A DNA stretch of 64,000 nucleotides, taken from positions 124,475-188,474 of the IMG/VR virus record IMGVR_UViG_3300045988_152007; one strand, written 5' to 3'. Shown piece after piece: positions 22,402 through 34,441 of this stretch. The number at the start of each line of letters is the position of its first letter. The stretch's first letter is position 1. The stretch comes from a virus. Below the pieces are notes generated by a model that made no database searches, was not told the DNA's origin, and worked only from the letters and a program-made list of their open reading frames with translations. Position numbers and translations under genes: made by a program.

Positions 22402-24144
22402 TTAAAAATAATATTTTACATTTTTAGTAATATGATAATCAGTAATAAAAATTTCTGGATTAGTTTTTCCTAAAAATTCATTTATTTTACAAGTACCAAT
22501 AATATCAATAATTATACATCCTGTTTCACTATGTAAATAATTATATTCTTCTTGATTGACATTAAATTTAATTAAATCTAAATCATTTGGTAATTTAATT
22601 TTTAATGTTCCAGTAGTTTCTTTAGGGTAATAAATTACATTATTATTTGTAAGTTTTAAATTTTTAATAACTATATATGGCTCTTTAAAATTCTATCCCC
22701 ATAAAGGTTCAAATTCTGGTATTTCTAATATAGTATTTATATCAATATTATTACTATCAAAAATATAATCGGCTAAATAAACTGGCTAACCATCATAACC
22801 ATACAATTTACTATTTGTATCTGTTATAAATTTTCTTATATTGCTATCAGCGATTTTCGCACCAAAAGCTCCCTAATGACCTTCTGCAAATTCAAAATAT
22901 CCAGTAGAATTAAGATAAGCTTTAAAATCTTTTATAGGCTCAAAAAATTCATATCCGCGGCCAGAGCCTTCCCAATATTTAATTCCATTTTCAATTACTT
23001 CATTAAGTATAAGAGTTGGCTTCTAAAATCTATTTGCAAATTCGTTTGCAATTAATCCAGTTAAATTTTTATTTACTTCATGCTTTTTCTCCAACTAAAC
23101 AACTAAAATCTAATCATTTAATAAACCTTGTTCTTCGATTAATTTTTCAATTATGTCAACATTAGTATCACGGATCTTAGTCTATCGTGTTTTTACATTA
23201 CCACTTACTCGGCATGCTTGTTCTACAATAGTTTCCGCCTATCCTTTACATCCTCTTTTGGTTGATGGAACTAAATCATAGGCAAGAAAATCTAACATAC
23301 TCTAAAATACAACTTGTCGTTCATCAATTTCTCCAACACGTGTAACCGCATTAATAAGTGGAGCAATATAGAAAGCGACACCCATAGGAGTTAAAGTTTC
23401 TTTTAACTTAAATTTATTTTTTTCCACCATACCTTTAATATAAGGATTTTGAGGATTTTTTAAACCTTGATTGATAAAATAACGAGTTTCATAAGGTCTA
23501 CTATCCACCATATCTCCGATTAACCCAAGAGCCACTAAATCTAAATACTTGTTTGAGTAATTAGTATTAATAATTTCATCAATAGCATTACAAAATTTAT
23601 ATACTATTGCAACACCTGATAGTGCTTTATTAGGATAATTATCTAATTGATTATTAATCGTACAAGCGTAAGGAGATATTTTATCTACTTCGTGATGGTC
23701 TAAAATTAATATATCAATACCTTTATCATAAAGTGCTTTATGCTCATTGTACTAATTACTTCCAGCGTCTGGAATTATTACTAACTTGGTATCTTCTGGA
23801 ATAGTATCTAAAATAATGCCATGAGTTTTTTGAGTATGAACTCTATAATAAACATTATTAGATACATAATAAGGAAATAAATTATATAGATAATTAATTA
23901 ATAATGCCGAGGATGTATAACCATCACAATCAGCATCGACCTAAATAAAAATTTTATTATTCTATTTAATATGTTTTAATAATAACTTAATTCCCTATTC
24001 CATGTTATTTAATAACTTGTTAGGATATACATCGGATTGAGTGGGATTAAGAAAATGCTAAATATCTTCAGTCTTAATCCCACGGTTATTCATTATTGTT
24101 TCTAATGGAGTTTTTTGTGTATCATTAATTAATTTATAATTCAT
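22402..24144 (-). CDS. DHH-family phosphoesterase, RecJ-like exonuclease, with about 10 in-frame TAGs.
   Basis: DADCDGY, LILDHH and GGH-like motifs reconstructed across TAGs. Includes ORF-track fragment 23302-23535. Confidence 0.65.
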
Positions 24145-24155
24145 ATACTTACTCC

Positions 24156-25259
24156 TTATATAATTATTCGGTCTTTATATAATTTAAGAAATAATTCCGG
24201 CCCTTCATCAGTTGGGCTATCTTTATAATTAGTAAGCATATTTTTATCAAAAATAAAAGATATATTAAAATAATTCCCATATTTAGCTTTTATTTTTAAT
24301 AAATTATTTTTTAAATGATAAAATTCTTCATCACCTATTTTTTGAAATTGTCTATCAAAAGCAATAATAATATCTTTTGCACCAACTTGTTCTAATAACT
24401 TCATTTGCTGCGCTGATACACTACTGCCGCAACAAGCTACTGTTATATCATTTTCAAATCCGAAATAGCTCTAAAATTGTAGACAGCTTTTTTCTCCTTC
24501 TACTATTATTGCCTTCCCTGTTCTATTTATATTTGCTTTACTATTATTTAAATTATATAAATTCATGCCAAGAGGATGAGAATAAAGAATCTTATTAATT
24601 TTTAATGGTCTATATTTACCGTATAATAATGCTTCTTCTTTCCCTAATACTCTTCCTCTTAGACCTATAAAATCTCCATCTATATTAAAATGAGGAATTG
24701 TAATTGCATCGCCGCCAGGGTAATAACCAATTATTGCTTGATCTATTGCCTATTGGCTTATTCCTTCTTTTAACCATGGAGTTAATTTTATATTATAGTT
24801 AAATCTACTTAAAATTTGGCTATCATAAATTTTTAATTCAACTTTAGCGTTTAAATTTTCTTCTATACTATTTTTATCATAATTAGCTAAAATTTTCCAA
24901 TCTTCTAATCCTAGCTTTTCAGCATCTTCTTCAACTGAACCAGCAATCCCAAAATAATTAGCTATCCAACGAACTGCATCATTTAAATCATATTCTTTAT
25001 TAGACTGGATATAAGCTACTTTAATTACTAATTCAAATATATCAAATATATCATCACAGCCAGTATAGCATTTAAATAATTGACTATTTGAATAGTAATA
25101 AAGTTTTTTACTTCCTACTCCTGGTTCATTATGACAAATGGTTTCAGATAAGATACCAAATTCACTATATTCAGGATTGCCGCCCCAAATATTTAGTAAT
25201 TCAAAAATATTGTCTAAAGTTAAACTATTTTTTATTTCTACTTTATCATAATTAATCAT
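24156..25259 (-). CDS. dnaG: DnaG-type DNA primase (zinc finger plus TOPRIM) with 2 TAGs.
   Basis: CHNEPGVGSKKLYYYSNSQLFKCYTGC zinc-binding region and IIVEGEKSCL TOPRIM glutamate. Joins ORF-track fragments 24750-25259 and 24156-24404. Confidence 0.7.
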
Positions 25260-25441
25260 TTTATGCCATAAATTAGTGCATTAAAAAAATTTTTATCAAT
25301 ATAATTTGGTTCATAAGTAAATATAAATGGAGCATTAGATTTTCCATAAGTTGCCTTAAAATCTTTAGCTCTTATAATAACTTTATATCCACTTATAAAT
25401 TTGCCAGTAATTGGGTCTTTACAAATAATTATATCTCTCAT
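25256..25441 (-). CDS. Small hypothetical protein.
   Basis: 61-aa ORF translationally coupled to its neighbours. Confidence 0.35.
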   Translation of the reverse strand: MRDIIICKDPITGKFISGYKVIIRAKDFKATYGKSNAPFIFTYEPNYIDKNFFNALIYGIK

Positions 25442-25623
25442 TAGAAAGTAATTACATTAACACAAGTGCCTTTAACACCAAATTCTTCATTGACTACCTT
25501 GATAAGATATTCCTTTGGATGTTTCTTTGCGAATTCGCCTTTAGCAGTCTTTAGATACATTGCTGCCATTTCTTTCGGCATTTTATATTCAATAGTTCCA
25601 TTCATAATCTTTTTTTCAAACAT
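25441..25623 (-). CDS. Small hypothetical protein.
   Basis: 60-aa ORF. Confidence 0.35.
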   Translation of the reverse strand: MFEKKIMNGTIEYKMPKEMAAMYLKTAKGEFAKKHPKEYLIKVVNEEFGVKGTCVNVITF

Positions 25624-25895
25624 AATTTAATCTCCTTAAAATACAATAAAATTATTTTTCATTGCTAATGGTTTAATGATATTATTTATAATAAACTGTC
25701 CAGCTTTATCATCATAAAAATGTTTATCACAATATACTATATCCTATCGTTTCATGCAACTACCAGTATAATTAAAAGGATTAATAAAAATGACACTTAT
25801 ATTTTCATTCTGATAATTTAAGAACTATACTGGCCGAGGGATATCTTTATTATCTATGCGTATAATATAACATTTATTTATTTTATTCATAATTT

Positions 25896-27428
25896 TTAAA
25901 AAGCACTATCTTCAGCAATTCTAATTTTTACATTTTCCATATCTACCAATTCATAACTCCAATCAGTACAGAAGATTGGGATAATACGACAGCAACCTAA
26001 ATCAGCTTTACACCAAAGATAAATTCCTTTATATTTTCCTCGACGATTTTTATATACTGATAATTTTATCGTTGGACGTTCAAATGTATTTGTTTCAAGT
26101 ATTTTTTCTAATGATTGATAATCATTATCACGAGCTTGAAGAAGAAGCATACCTACATCAATTTTATCAGCAATTGCTTTTGATCCACGTAAAACGTTTT
26201 GATCTGGCGTCTCACTATACTGATAATCAGCATTTAACTAAGTAGCAGACATAATAAAAATACCATATTGATTACAAATATCTTTCAAACGAGTAGAAAG
26301 CATAAAAAGAATATTATCTTCTCTTAGTTTTACACCGCCACTACGCTTACTAATTTCTTCAAGAATTTTCATACTTGTATGAATATAATCATGAAATACA
26401 TATTTAACTCCATGGTCACGGATATTTTTCTTAATAACATTTTCTACGTCGCGTAAAGAAAAATCTGGCATTTCAACGACAAATAAATTAGCCTTACGAA
26501 GATATTGTGCAGCTTCTCTTACTCGTGCTAATTCATCACCAACATATTTGCCATTTAAGATATGGTCTTCATTTACATTAGATAAAAATGCTAACATCAT
26601 AGTTTGGATTTCATCTTTAGTCTGCTCAGTAGAAATAAATAAAACAGGTTCTCCTCCGCCACCAGATTTAATCCATCCAATTCCTTCTTGATAATACTTT
26701 TCACAAGAAAGATAACAAGCGTCAGCAATCATACTACGAGATTTACCTACACCAGTAGCTGCTGAACGTAGATAAAATTTATTTAATCTTGCGCCACGAG
26801 TAACTGTATTAATTAATGGACCAAATAATGGAGCACCAACTTCAGGATGTTCCAAAAGATTGTCAATTAATTCATCAATATTATTGCCGGCCTAATAAGC
26901 ATCGTTTTCCATTTCGGCTACGTATTGATATTTAATTTCTTCAATCTTATCATCAATACGTTGAGCAATTTTTTCTAATGAAGCATTATCTAACCATTCT
27001 TCTTGAAGCTGTCGTTTTTTAGTGTCTAAAATATTGTCAGGATCATAAATATCGCTTACATCAAAACCATATCTATCATAAGCTCTAAGTAATGACATTT
27101 TTTTTAGACGACCATAATAATAATCGAATGTGGTATTATCACTATGCAGGCTGGCTTCTTGAATCCATTTATTCCCTTTTTGAGCTTCATAAATAGCTTG
27201 ATATTTTGGTCGAGTGCTTAAAAAATCTCCAATTGCATCTAAAGTGATACTTTCTGCGCCGAGTTCATGTAGTTTATATATTGATCCATATACTATCTTA
27301 TGAAAATCATTATCAAAATCATCTTCAGTAATAATATATTTATCAGTATAATCTAATAATTTAGGATTGTTATATACACAACCAATTGTCTAAATAATGG
27401 CTGTTGTATCAATATATTTTGAAGCCAT
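25896..27428 (-). CDS. dnaB: DnaB-like replicative helicase with 2 TAGs.
   Basis: RecA-like C-terminal domain with the SAATGVGKS Walker A. The N-terminal domain is reconstructed upstream through TAGs (fragments 25896-26150, 26238-26855, 26892-27098). Confidence 0.75.
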
Positions 27429-27945
27429 TAATCCTCCTTATCATCCAAAAAAGAAAACAGATGTTTTCGATAAGGTTTAGGCTTAGGCCGTGGTATTATT
27501 ATTTCTGTTTCTTTTGGAATATAATTCTCAACTGTTTTATTAGTATTTTTTTGTTGAGCCAACCAAATAGCATAATAGTAATTAAATGCTTGCTTATAAA
27601 CCCAAGGCACTATACCAATACCATCATTTGATTTCTCTACTGGATTTTGTTTTACTTCATAGAAATAAACTAATGATTTTAAAATTCCACTGTAAGTAAA
27701 ATTATATTCTTTAATATAATTTTTAATTTGTTTTTGAATACGAGGATCTATATAATCAGTATGAAATAATTGATTGATATACTATTCTAATTTCATTTTA
27801 TCTAAATCTTCTTTATTCATTACTTCTTCTTTATGTTCTGCACATTCAGGATGTGCATAGCGTTTAGAACTTACTTGAACAAATGGATATTTATCTCTAT
27901 CAAAAGTTTTCCCACAATATAGACACTTTACATTATGTGCTATTG
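27428..27945 (-). CDS. Hypothetical protein with a CxxC...HPEC zinc-finger-like N-terminus. The start is uncertain.
   Basis: Frame open from a TGA at about 27948 with no in-frame ATG before the Cys motif. Non-canonical start or local error. Confidence 0.35.
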
Positions 27946-28033
27946 GTTCTCACCACCAAACATTATAATTTCTATATATATTATACTAAAAAATAGATAA
28001 AAAATCAACCCAGAGTTTCCTCTGGGTTAATAA

Positions 28034-29017
28034 TTATTTATTCATAAGTTCATCCTTAATATCATCAATAATAAGGCTTACAAATTCAGCTTGATCAATA
28101 GAGGTTTCAGAAATCTTCTTACCCTTACCAAGATACTTTTCAACAATCTTAGTAACACGTGGTGCATAATATTCAGAATTCTTTGCCATAAGTTCACTAG
28201 CAATTTGCTGGAACTCATTCATAAGACCCTCATAATCATAAGTAGGAGCTTCAGGAGCAACTGTCATTTTTTCATCAGTGACAAATTTACCCTTAGTTTC
28301 TTCAGCTTCCTTATCAATAGCAGCATGAATAGCATTTACGAGGTTTTCATAACTCATAGGAATTTCAGGCTCAATATATTTAAAACGGCCACCGCAGTCA
28401 ATAGCATCAGTGCCAGAACGAAGAGTCAATACTGACATTTGGCCTGGGCCCTTTTGATGAGCATAACCATAAATATCAGCCATACCAGTAATAACAGTTC
28501 GAGTAGATTGAGACAAACTGGGTCTAATAATATTTGCTTCAGTTCCATCAGGACGATTAATAGTTTGTTCCTTCTCATGACCTAAGAAGAAAACAGCATA
28601 ACCAAGACGAGTTAAGCCACGGAACACTTCATTAAATTCATCCTTAAATTTAATCCAACCCTTGCCATAGCCAAGATCACCTAAAGATTCAATACCATTT
28701 TGATTACAAATATATTTTTCACAATATTTTGCTGCTTCATCAATAGTATCAACAATGATTGCGTCATAAGCTTCCTTTACTTCTGGACGCTTAAGATCAC
28801 GATAAACCTGTTTCATTTCAGTCCAAGAAGTAATATCTGCCGCCATTACACCAGGTAAGCAGTTATAACCTTGTTCGAATGCTAACAAAAGAGACTTAGG
28901 CATTTGAGTTGCTAAAGTAGTCTTACCAGTCTTAGGTTTACCATAAATAAAAGTAATATATCCACCTAAATCTTTACTAACCTTATGAGGCTAAATTTTT
29001 AAAAGGTCAATAGCCAT
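28034..29017 (-). CDS. AAA_24-type RecA-fold ATPase, Sak4-like and recombination-associated.
   Basis: N-terminus reconstructed through a TAG: IYGKPKTGKTTLA Walker A, then a RecA-like core (ORF 28034-28903). Confidence 0.5.
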
Positions 29018-29168
29018 TATTTAATTTTCTCCTTTTTTTTCTAAATCAAATTGTTCAAAATATCTATTTAAAATTTCATTTATTTCTTCTCGATTTAATA
29101 AACTGTCATCATATATATTTAGTTTAGCTCGATGACCTCTAATGAGGTCATCATTATTTGGCTATTTA

Positions 29169-30113
29169 TTAGAAGTTAAATCCTGCATTTCCATTAGAAG
29201 CTGTAGCTGGTTTTGCACCACCATTATTCTTAGTAGCAAGATATTCATCTCTACGCTGCTTAATAGTAGCAAGATAAGTCTCACGATCAGCAATTGCCTT
29301 AGTAAGTTCCTCAGAAGTATAAGTATCTTCCATATCAAATACGAAAGGTTCTTTCTGAGAACCAGTAATTACATAATCCTTATAAGTATTCTTAAATTCT
29401 TGAACTTCAGCATCGCCCCAAGAACTTTCCTTAGTAACCTTTTTTACAACAGTTCTAGAAACCTGCTTACCCCAAACTTCTGTGAGAACAGGATTCTTTT
29501 CAGAAGCTTCAAGGCCTTCAAAATAATTCATACCGCCTTCATTAAGGACTGTATAAGAAACAGGCAGAAGAGCTTTACGGAAGTCAAAAGCATAACCACT
29601 AATAGTTACTTTTTCAGGAGTTTCCTTTTCGGGATTAGCTTCAGTACGGACGGCTTTAGTAATAAGCATTGTAGTCTTAAACTTGCAACGTTCGATTTCC
29701 TTTTCATTGAATGGTTCATTTACCATGACATGAACAAATCCACCCTCATTGCGCTTAATACTTACAAGCTCTTCTTTACCATCGCGCTCAGCATAAAACT
29801 CATTAAGACCAACAGTAGAATCAACACGAATACGAGTTGCATTTTCAACTCCATCGCCCATTACTGTATTATACTCACCATCAATAATCTTACGAAGAGT
29901 AGTAAATGTAGCATTAGTTTTACCCTTAGATGTAGTTTCAGTTACATAAGTGAAATGAACCTACAGTACATTTGTCAAAACATTATCAGTAACAATGCTA
30001 ATAGTACCACTAATAAAAGGAGTACCAGGGTTCTTTGAATTAGGACCGCTTTCCTTCATTTCCAGATTATGCTCGTATAGATAACCTTCAATATGTGTTT
30101 CATTAACAAATTT
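29169..30113 (-). CDS. Putative single-strand DNA-binding or annealing protein.
   Basis: About 315 aa. Position sits between the ATPase and replication genes. Gly/Asn-rich C-terminal tail ending in a Phe. One TAG. Confidence 0.35.
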
Positions 30114-30135
30114 CATTTAATATTTTTCTCCTTAA

Positions 30136-30498
30136 TTATTCTTCAATTGTAATTTCTTTTCCTTTATTAGTAATAGCATAAACAACTGGATTATCATTCA
30201 ATTTTTCTACAAATCCATCATTTACTAATTTACGCATTCCGCCAGAAACACTACGAGAACTAATACCAAGTTCATCGGCTACTTCGCGTGCCTTCCACGC
30301 TTCTTTTTCTGGATGCTCTTGGAGACAAATCAAAAGACGTTTTCCATTTTCAGTAAATAAAGGACTTTTAATTTCATCATCATTACTATTTTTAAGGTAA
30401 TTCCAATAGAATTCAGCATCTTCGCTCATTCCTATTGGAGATTTACAATTTTTAATCAAGTCATTTACAAAATCAATAAACGCTTGTTTTCTATTCAT
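30136..30498 (-). CDS. Winged-helix DNA-binding protein, a putative transcription regulator.
   Basis: REVADELGISSRSVSGGMRKLVNDGF helix-turn-helix signature. Confidence 0.5.
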   Translation of the reverse strand: MNRKQAFIDFVNDLIKNCKSPIGMSEDAEFYWNYLKNSNDDEIKSPLFTENGKRLLICLQEHPEKEAWKAREVADELGISSRSVSGGMRKLVNDGFVEKLNDNPVVYAITNKGKEITIEE

Positions 30499-30570
30499 TT
30501 TTTATTTAATCTCACTTTCTACTCTTTTATATAAATATTATATCATATTTTATATAAATTTTCAAAGTAA

Positions 30571-31215
30571 TTAATTAATCAATAATTCTTGTGCATAAGG
30601 GAGTGTTTCAATCCATTTACAGAATTCACGCCATTCAGGGAGACGATGATTTTTACGCTGTTTATAAATATTTCTTAAACAACGATAATTTGTTGTCATA
30701 CGTGCCGTTAAAGTAAATCCAGCAGGATTAGAATAAAGAATCTCAAGATATAACTTTTTTAATAATTCAGATATTCTTGTGGCTTCAACTGGTTTATTCT
30801 CTTTAACATATTTTTCTTTTAATGCTACTTGAGTATTATAATAATCAACTTTTTCTTTCATAATCTTGATAATTCTATCATCAACATATTCATTGTATGC
30901 TTCATCAAGATTAAATTTAGTAATTCTATGCATTGTGGATTGAGAACTTACAAATTCTAAGAATCTATAACGCTCTGCTTCAACCCACATTTTATTAGAA
31001 CAAGTTAAATCAAAATTAACTCGAATACCAGTCAAAAACTAACCATGTGCTTGGTTATCTTTTACGCAAGCATTAATAAGAGTATTACAACGTTTAAAAT
31101 CATTTTCATTTAAATCTCTATCCTATTGGCTTTCAATGTCTACTGACATAGGATAGCCAGCAGCAATAATTGATTTATCTAAATCATAAATACAAACATT
31201 ACTTACAATAGTCAT
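30571..31215 (-). CDS. Hypothetical protein with 2 TAGs.
   Basis: ORF 30571-31035 extended upstream through TAGs. Confidence 0.4.
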
Positions 31216-31494
31216 TAATTTTCATCCTCCGATAAAGAATAGCCAATTACATTTCCAAGACATTTAACAAGTAATTCAATTTCATCAATTAAAAACTTCT
31301 GACTATAGCCGCGTCCTTTGTAGCAATTAACAAAGTCAGCATAAGACATAAAATTTAAATCTTTAAATCCATATCTTAATGCTTTATCCTACATCATAGC
31401 AGGATTAGAACATACAATAGTTGCTCCTGTGTCTTTAGCAATCAAAAATAATCTACCTGTTTTGCCAGAGCCACGCTTATCAATAACTCTATAC
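31208..31494 (-). CDS. Small P-loop protein.
   Basis: RGSGKTGRL motif. About 95 aa. One TAG. Confidence 0.3.
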
Positions 31495-31507
31495 ATTTTA
31501 TTCTCCT

Positions 31508-32505
31508 TATTTAATACTATAACCAAATTCTTTTGCTTGATAAAATTCCTACCAATAATCTTCTCGACTATCTAAAAGAGATTTATCACATTCTTCAAGA
31601 ATCTCAAAAGTAAATTGTTCCGGTCCTAATTCATACATAGCCGGATAAAGTTTATTACGAGTTGGTGCTTCTGCTCCAACTCCACGCTTTATATGTTGTT
31701 TCCAACGGTCAGCAATATTAACTGCCTAACCTATATAGCATTTTTGACTTTCTATATTGGTAATCTTATAAATACCAGTACGGATACCTTGACCAATTAC
31801 TCGACCAATTAAATCAGTATAAGATTTTTCATAATAAACTTTCCAAATAACTTTATTAATTGGTTCAGCACTTCTTAAATAAGGAATAATTGAACGAAGT
31901 TTTTTAATTTCTTCAATATCAATTTCACTTAAATTAAGTTTATAAAACTATTCTTTTTGTTTTACTTCTTCAGCACGTTTATTAGCTTCAACAATAGCAT
32001 TTTGTTTTGCTTTTGCTTCTACTAATTCTTGAGATATTTTATTTAATTCTTCCTATTTTTGAATAATTAAATTAGTATATTCTTTTGTGCTTTCTTCAAT
32101 AGCTTTCAAATACTCTTGTTGATAATTATCTTCTGCCTATTGGTATTTCTATGCCATCTATTCAGCAGACTAAGCAAGTTTTTCAGAAGCTAATTCATTA
32201 GCCTTTTGGCAATACATTTCAGCATTTAAACTTGCTTGCTAATAATTATCATCGAGGATTTTCTTTTTATCTTTTAAAAAATCTATTTCTTTTATTAATG
32301 AATTATAATCATTATTTAAATTAGAGATTTTTTCATTTAACTAATTTTGAGCTTGAAGAAGTCTTTGACTTTCTTCAATGATTTTTGCGTTTTCTTCTCT
32401 TGTTTGAGTATCTAATTCAATTGTGGCTTTTAATTTATTATGCAGTCCTAAATATAAAAGACCAGCACCAAGAAGAAAACATATTACGCAATAAATTACA
32501 GTCAT
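31508..32505 (-). CDS. Membrane-anchored coiled-coil protein with a C-terminal GIY-YIG nuclease domain of T5orf172 type, and a DUF4041-like architecture. About 9 TAGs.
   Basis: N-terminal transmembrane helix VIYCVICFLLGAGLLYLGL, about 200 aa of coiled coil, then GIYKITNIESQKCYIG(Q)AVNIADRW...N...E. Confidence 0.55.
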
Positions 32506-32520
32506 ATCTAAAAAGAAAAA

Positions 32521-32542
32521 GGGCAAATTACTTTGCCCTTTT
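32521..32542 (-). terminator. Intrinsic terminator.
   Basis: GGGCAAA-ttac-TTTGCCC, followed on the - strand by TTTTTCTTTTT. Confidence 0.7.
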
Positions 32543-32557
32543 AAATTTTATATTAAA

Positions 32558-32824
32558 TTACTCAACGTCTTCTGCGTCAAGGTCAAGAGCAAGACCAGCT
32601 TCAGTAAGAGAGAGGAACTTTACAGCCTTATGGGTACCATCATCAAGTTCAACCTCAGCAGGGGTACGAACGCCAAAGCCCTTGCGCTGAATAGCAGAAG
32701 TAAAGATGCCATCAACAGTACGCTTCTCAAGACCGAGAGCCTCAGCAACATCAGCAGCGGTGACCTATTCACCATTAACACTCTTTAGATAACTAAAAAC
32801 TTTCTTAGTATTTTCCTTCATCAT
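32558..32824 (-). CDS. Small (88 aa) GC-rich protein, a putative DNA-binding protein. Monocistronic, with a strong Shine-Dalgarno and its own terminator.
   Basis: AAGGAG 9 nt upstream of ATGATG. About 50% GC against roughly 28% around it. One in-frame TAG. Confidence 0.55.
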
Positions 32825-32916
32825 AATAAATAATAATCTCCTTAAATATTTTTTTTATTTTTATTGTTTTTTTTCTTTTTTAAGCATTTAGCTTATATAA
32901 ATATTCTACTAAAAAA

Positions 32917-33120
32917 TTTTTTTAAAATCAAGAATTTTTTAGAATATCCTAAATAAGTTCATCCATAAGCATAATATCTTCCAAACTATCTACATGGCCT
33001 GAAAGCTTCATAATTTCATCTTTTGCTTGCTAAACTTGCTTCGGGTCTTCATTGCGCTAAATTATCTATTCTAATTTAGCAATTTTATTAGCTAAATTTT
33101 TTAGCTCTTTTCTTTTCATA
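32917..33120 (-). CDS. Small coiled-coil protein.
   Basis: Reconstructed 68-aa ORF with several TAGs. Ends in TGA. Confidence 0.3.
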
Positions 33121-33177
33121 TAGAAAAATTTTTCTTCCTTATTTACGAATATATTATATTATTTTTTTTGAACTTTG

Positions 33178-34386
33178 TCAAAATATTGTATTCAATAAAC
33201 AATCCTGTGGATTTTTATCATCACGAAATCCTTTAAAGAAAGCATGACGTAATGTATGTTCCTTACTGTCTTTTTCCATACATTGTAAAGAAACTACTCT
33301 ATTAAGATAATTTTCAGGATGTTTTGCAAAATCATCACGTAATTCATCAGTTAATCCTGAAGAAACTGTTCCAATTTCTACAATTTCACCATTGTCGTTA
33401 TAAGCTCCAATATGAATTGCAGTTTTCCATCCATAAAAATATCCTTTAGTAACTGGGGTATAATATCTTTCACTATCATTTACTAATTGAGGTCCCCAAT
33501 TCGTATTACTACGATTTTGAGTATATTTATAATAATAATTACCACTTAATAATTGAGGATTAACCCAACCCGCAAAACAATGATCTTCTTCAAAACAATC
33601 ATAAAAACTTGGTTCTTTTACTTCCCAATATTGCCAACTCTGGATTTCTTTACCTTCATATTCTTTAGTCGCATCATCAAAACCAATAAGAATTGCATCA
33701 AGATAATCAATTTTTTTAATTTTAATAGACGACCAAGCTGGTCTTTTATCAGGAGCATATTGAGCTGTTTTTAATTTAAGAACAACGCCTTCTTCTCCGT
33801 CTTTAAGAGCTTGGGCAGTAAAGTCATAAATATCTTCATATACTGCTTCAGCTAATTCCATAAAAGAATATTGACTAAAATTAAATTTTTCCCAAATTTT
33901 TCGTAAAATCTTATAACGAGTTAATGCGCCGTAAGACTGTAAATTTATTCCATTATATTTAATTACATCGTGTAAATAAAAATGAACTGGATTATCTTTT
34001 TGGCGATTAACAGCTTCATCAGCTAAACAACCCATTACTCGTGTTACATCTTTAGACGTTTTACCTGGATAATAAATTTCACCAATTAATATTGTTCCTT
34101 TTGGAACAATTTGCAAAGCTTCTTTAATATGAGGAACATTTGCTAATTTTTCAGTAAGAATACCAGTATTTTTACTGACATTCCTACTGAAAAGATACAT
34201 ATGATTATTAGTTTTTTCAAACTCATACCAATATCCATCTTTTTTTAATTCAGCAAAATAATTCCCATTAATACACATTTCTGGAAACATATTTTCTTTT
34301 CCATCAGGAAGTTTCCAAATTTTCATTGCTTGAATACACTCGGCTTCAGGAGCATATTTATCAATAAGTTCTTGAGAGAAAGACAT
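33178..34386 (-). CDS. ATP-dependent DNA ligase.
   Basis: AELKKDGY adenylation motif I (KxDG) and nucleotidyltransferase plus OB-fold domain layout. 402 aa, no TAG. Confidence 0.85.
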   Translation of the reverse strand: MSFSQELIDKYAPEAECIQAMKIWKLPDGKENMFPEMCINGNYFAELKKDGYWYEFEKTNNHMYLFSRNVSKNTGILTEKLANVPHIKEALQIVPKGTILIGEIYYPGKTSKDVTRVMGCLADEAVNRQKDNPVHFYLHDVIKYNGINLQSYGALTRYKILRKIWEKFNFSQYSFMELAEAVYEDIYDFTAQALKDGEEGVVLKLKTAQYAPDKRPAWSSIKIKKIDYLDAILIGFDDATKEYEGKEIQSWQYWEVKEPSFYDCFEEDHCFAGWVNPQLLSGNYYYKYTQNRSNTNWGPQLVNDSERYYTPVTKGYFYGWKTAIHIGAYNDNGEIVEIGTVSSGLTDELRDDFAKHPENYLNRVVSLQCMEKDSKEHTLRHAFFKGFRDDKNPQDCLLNTIF

Positions 34387-34441
34387 AATTTATGTCCCTT
34401 TCTTTATTTATATTATATTAAAAAATTTTTTGAAATGCAAA

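Noticed and set aside
29142-30038. 298-aa + strand ORF in the ORF track.
   Set aside because: It is antisense to the SSB-like gene. It has a low-complexity Ser/Ile/Phe/Asn composition typical of a shadow ORF in AT-rich DNA, and no ribosome-binding site.
30571-31215. Considered calling this ORF ThyX (flavin-dependent thymidylate synthase) because of an RHR-like ...TMHRITKF... segment.
   Set aside because: The order and spacing of the ThyX signature (RHRxxSxxxxSxRY) do not match. It is left as hypothetical.
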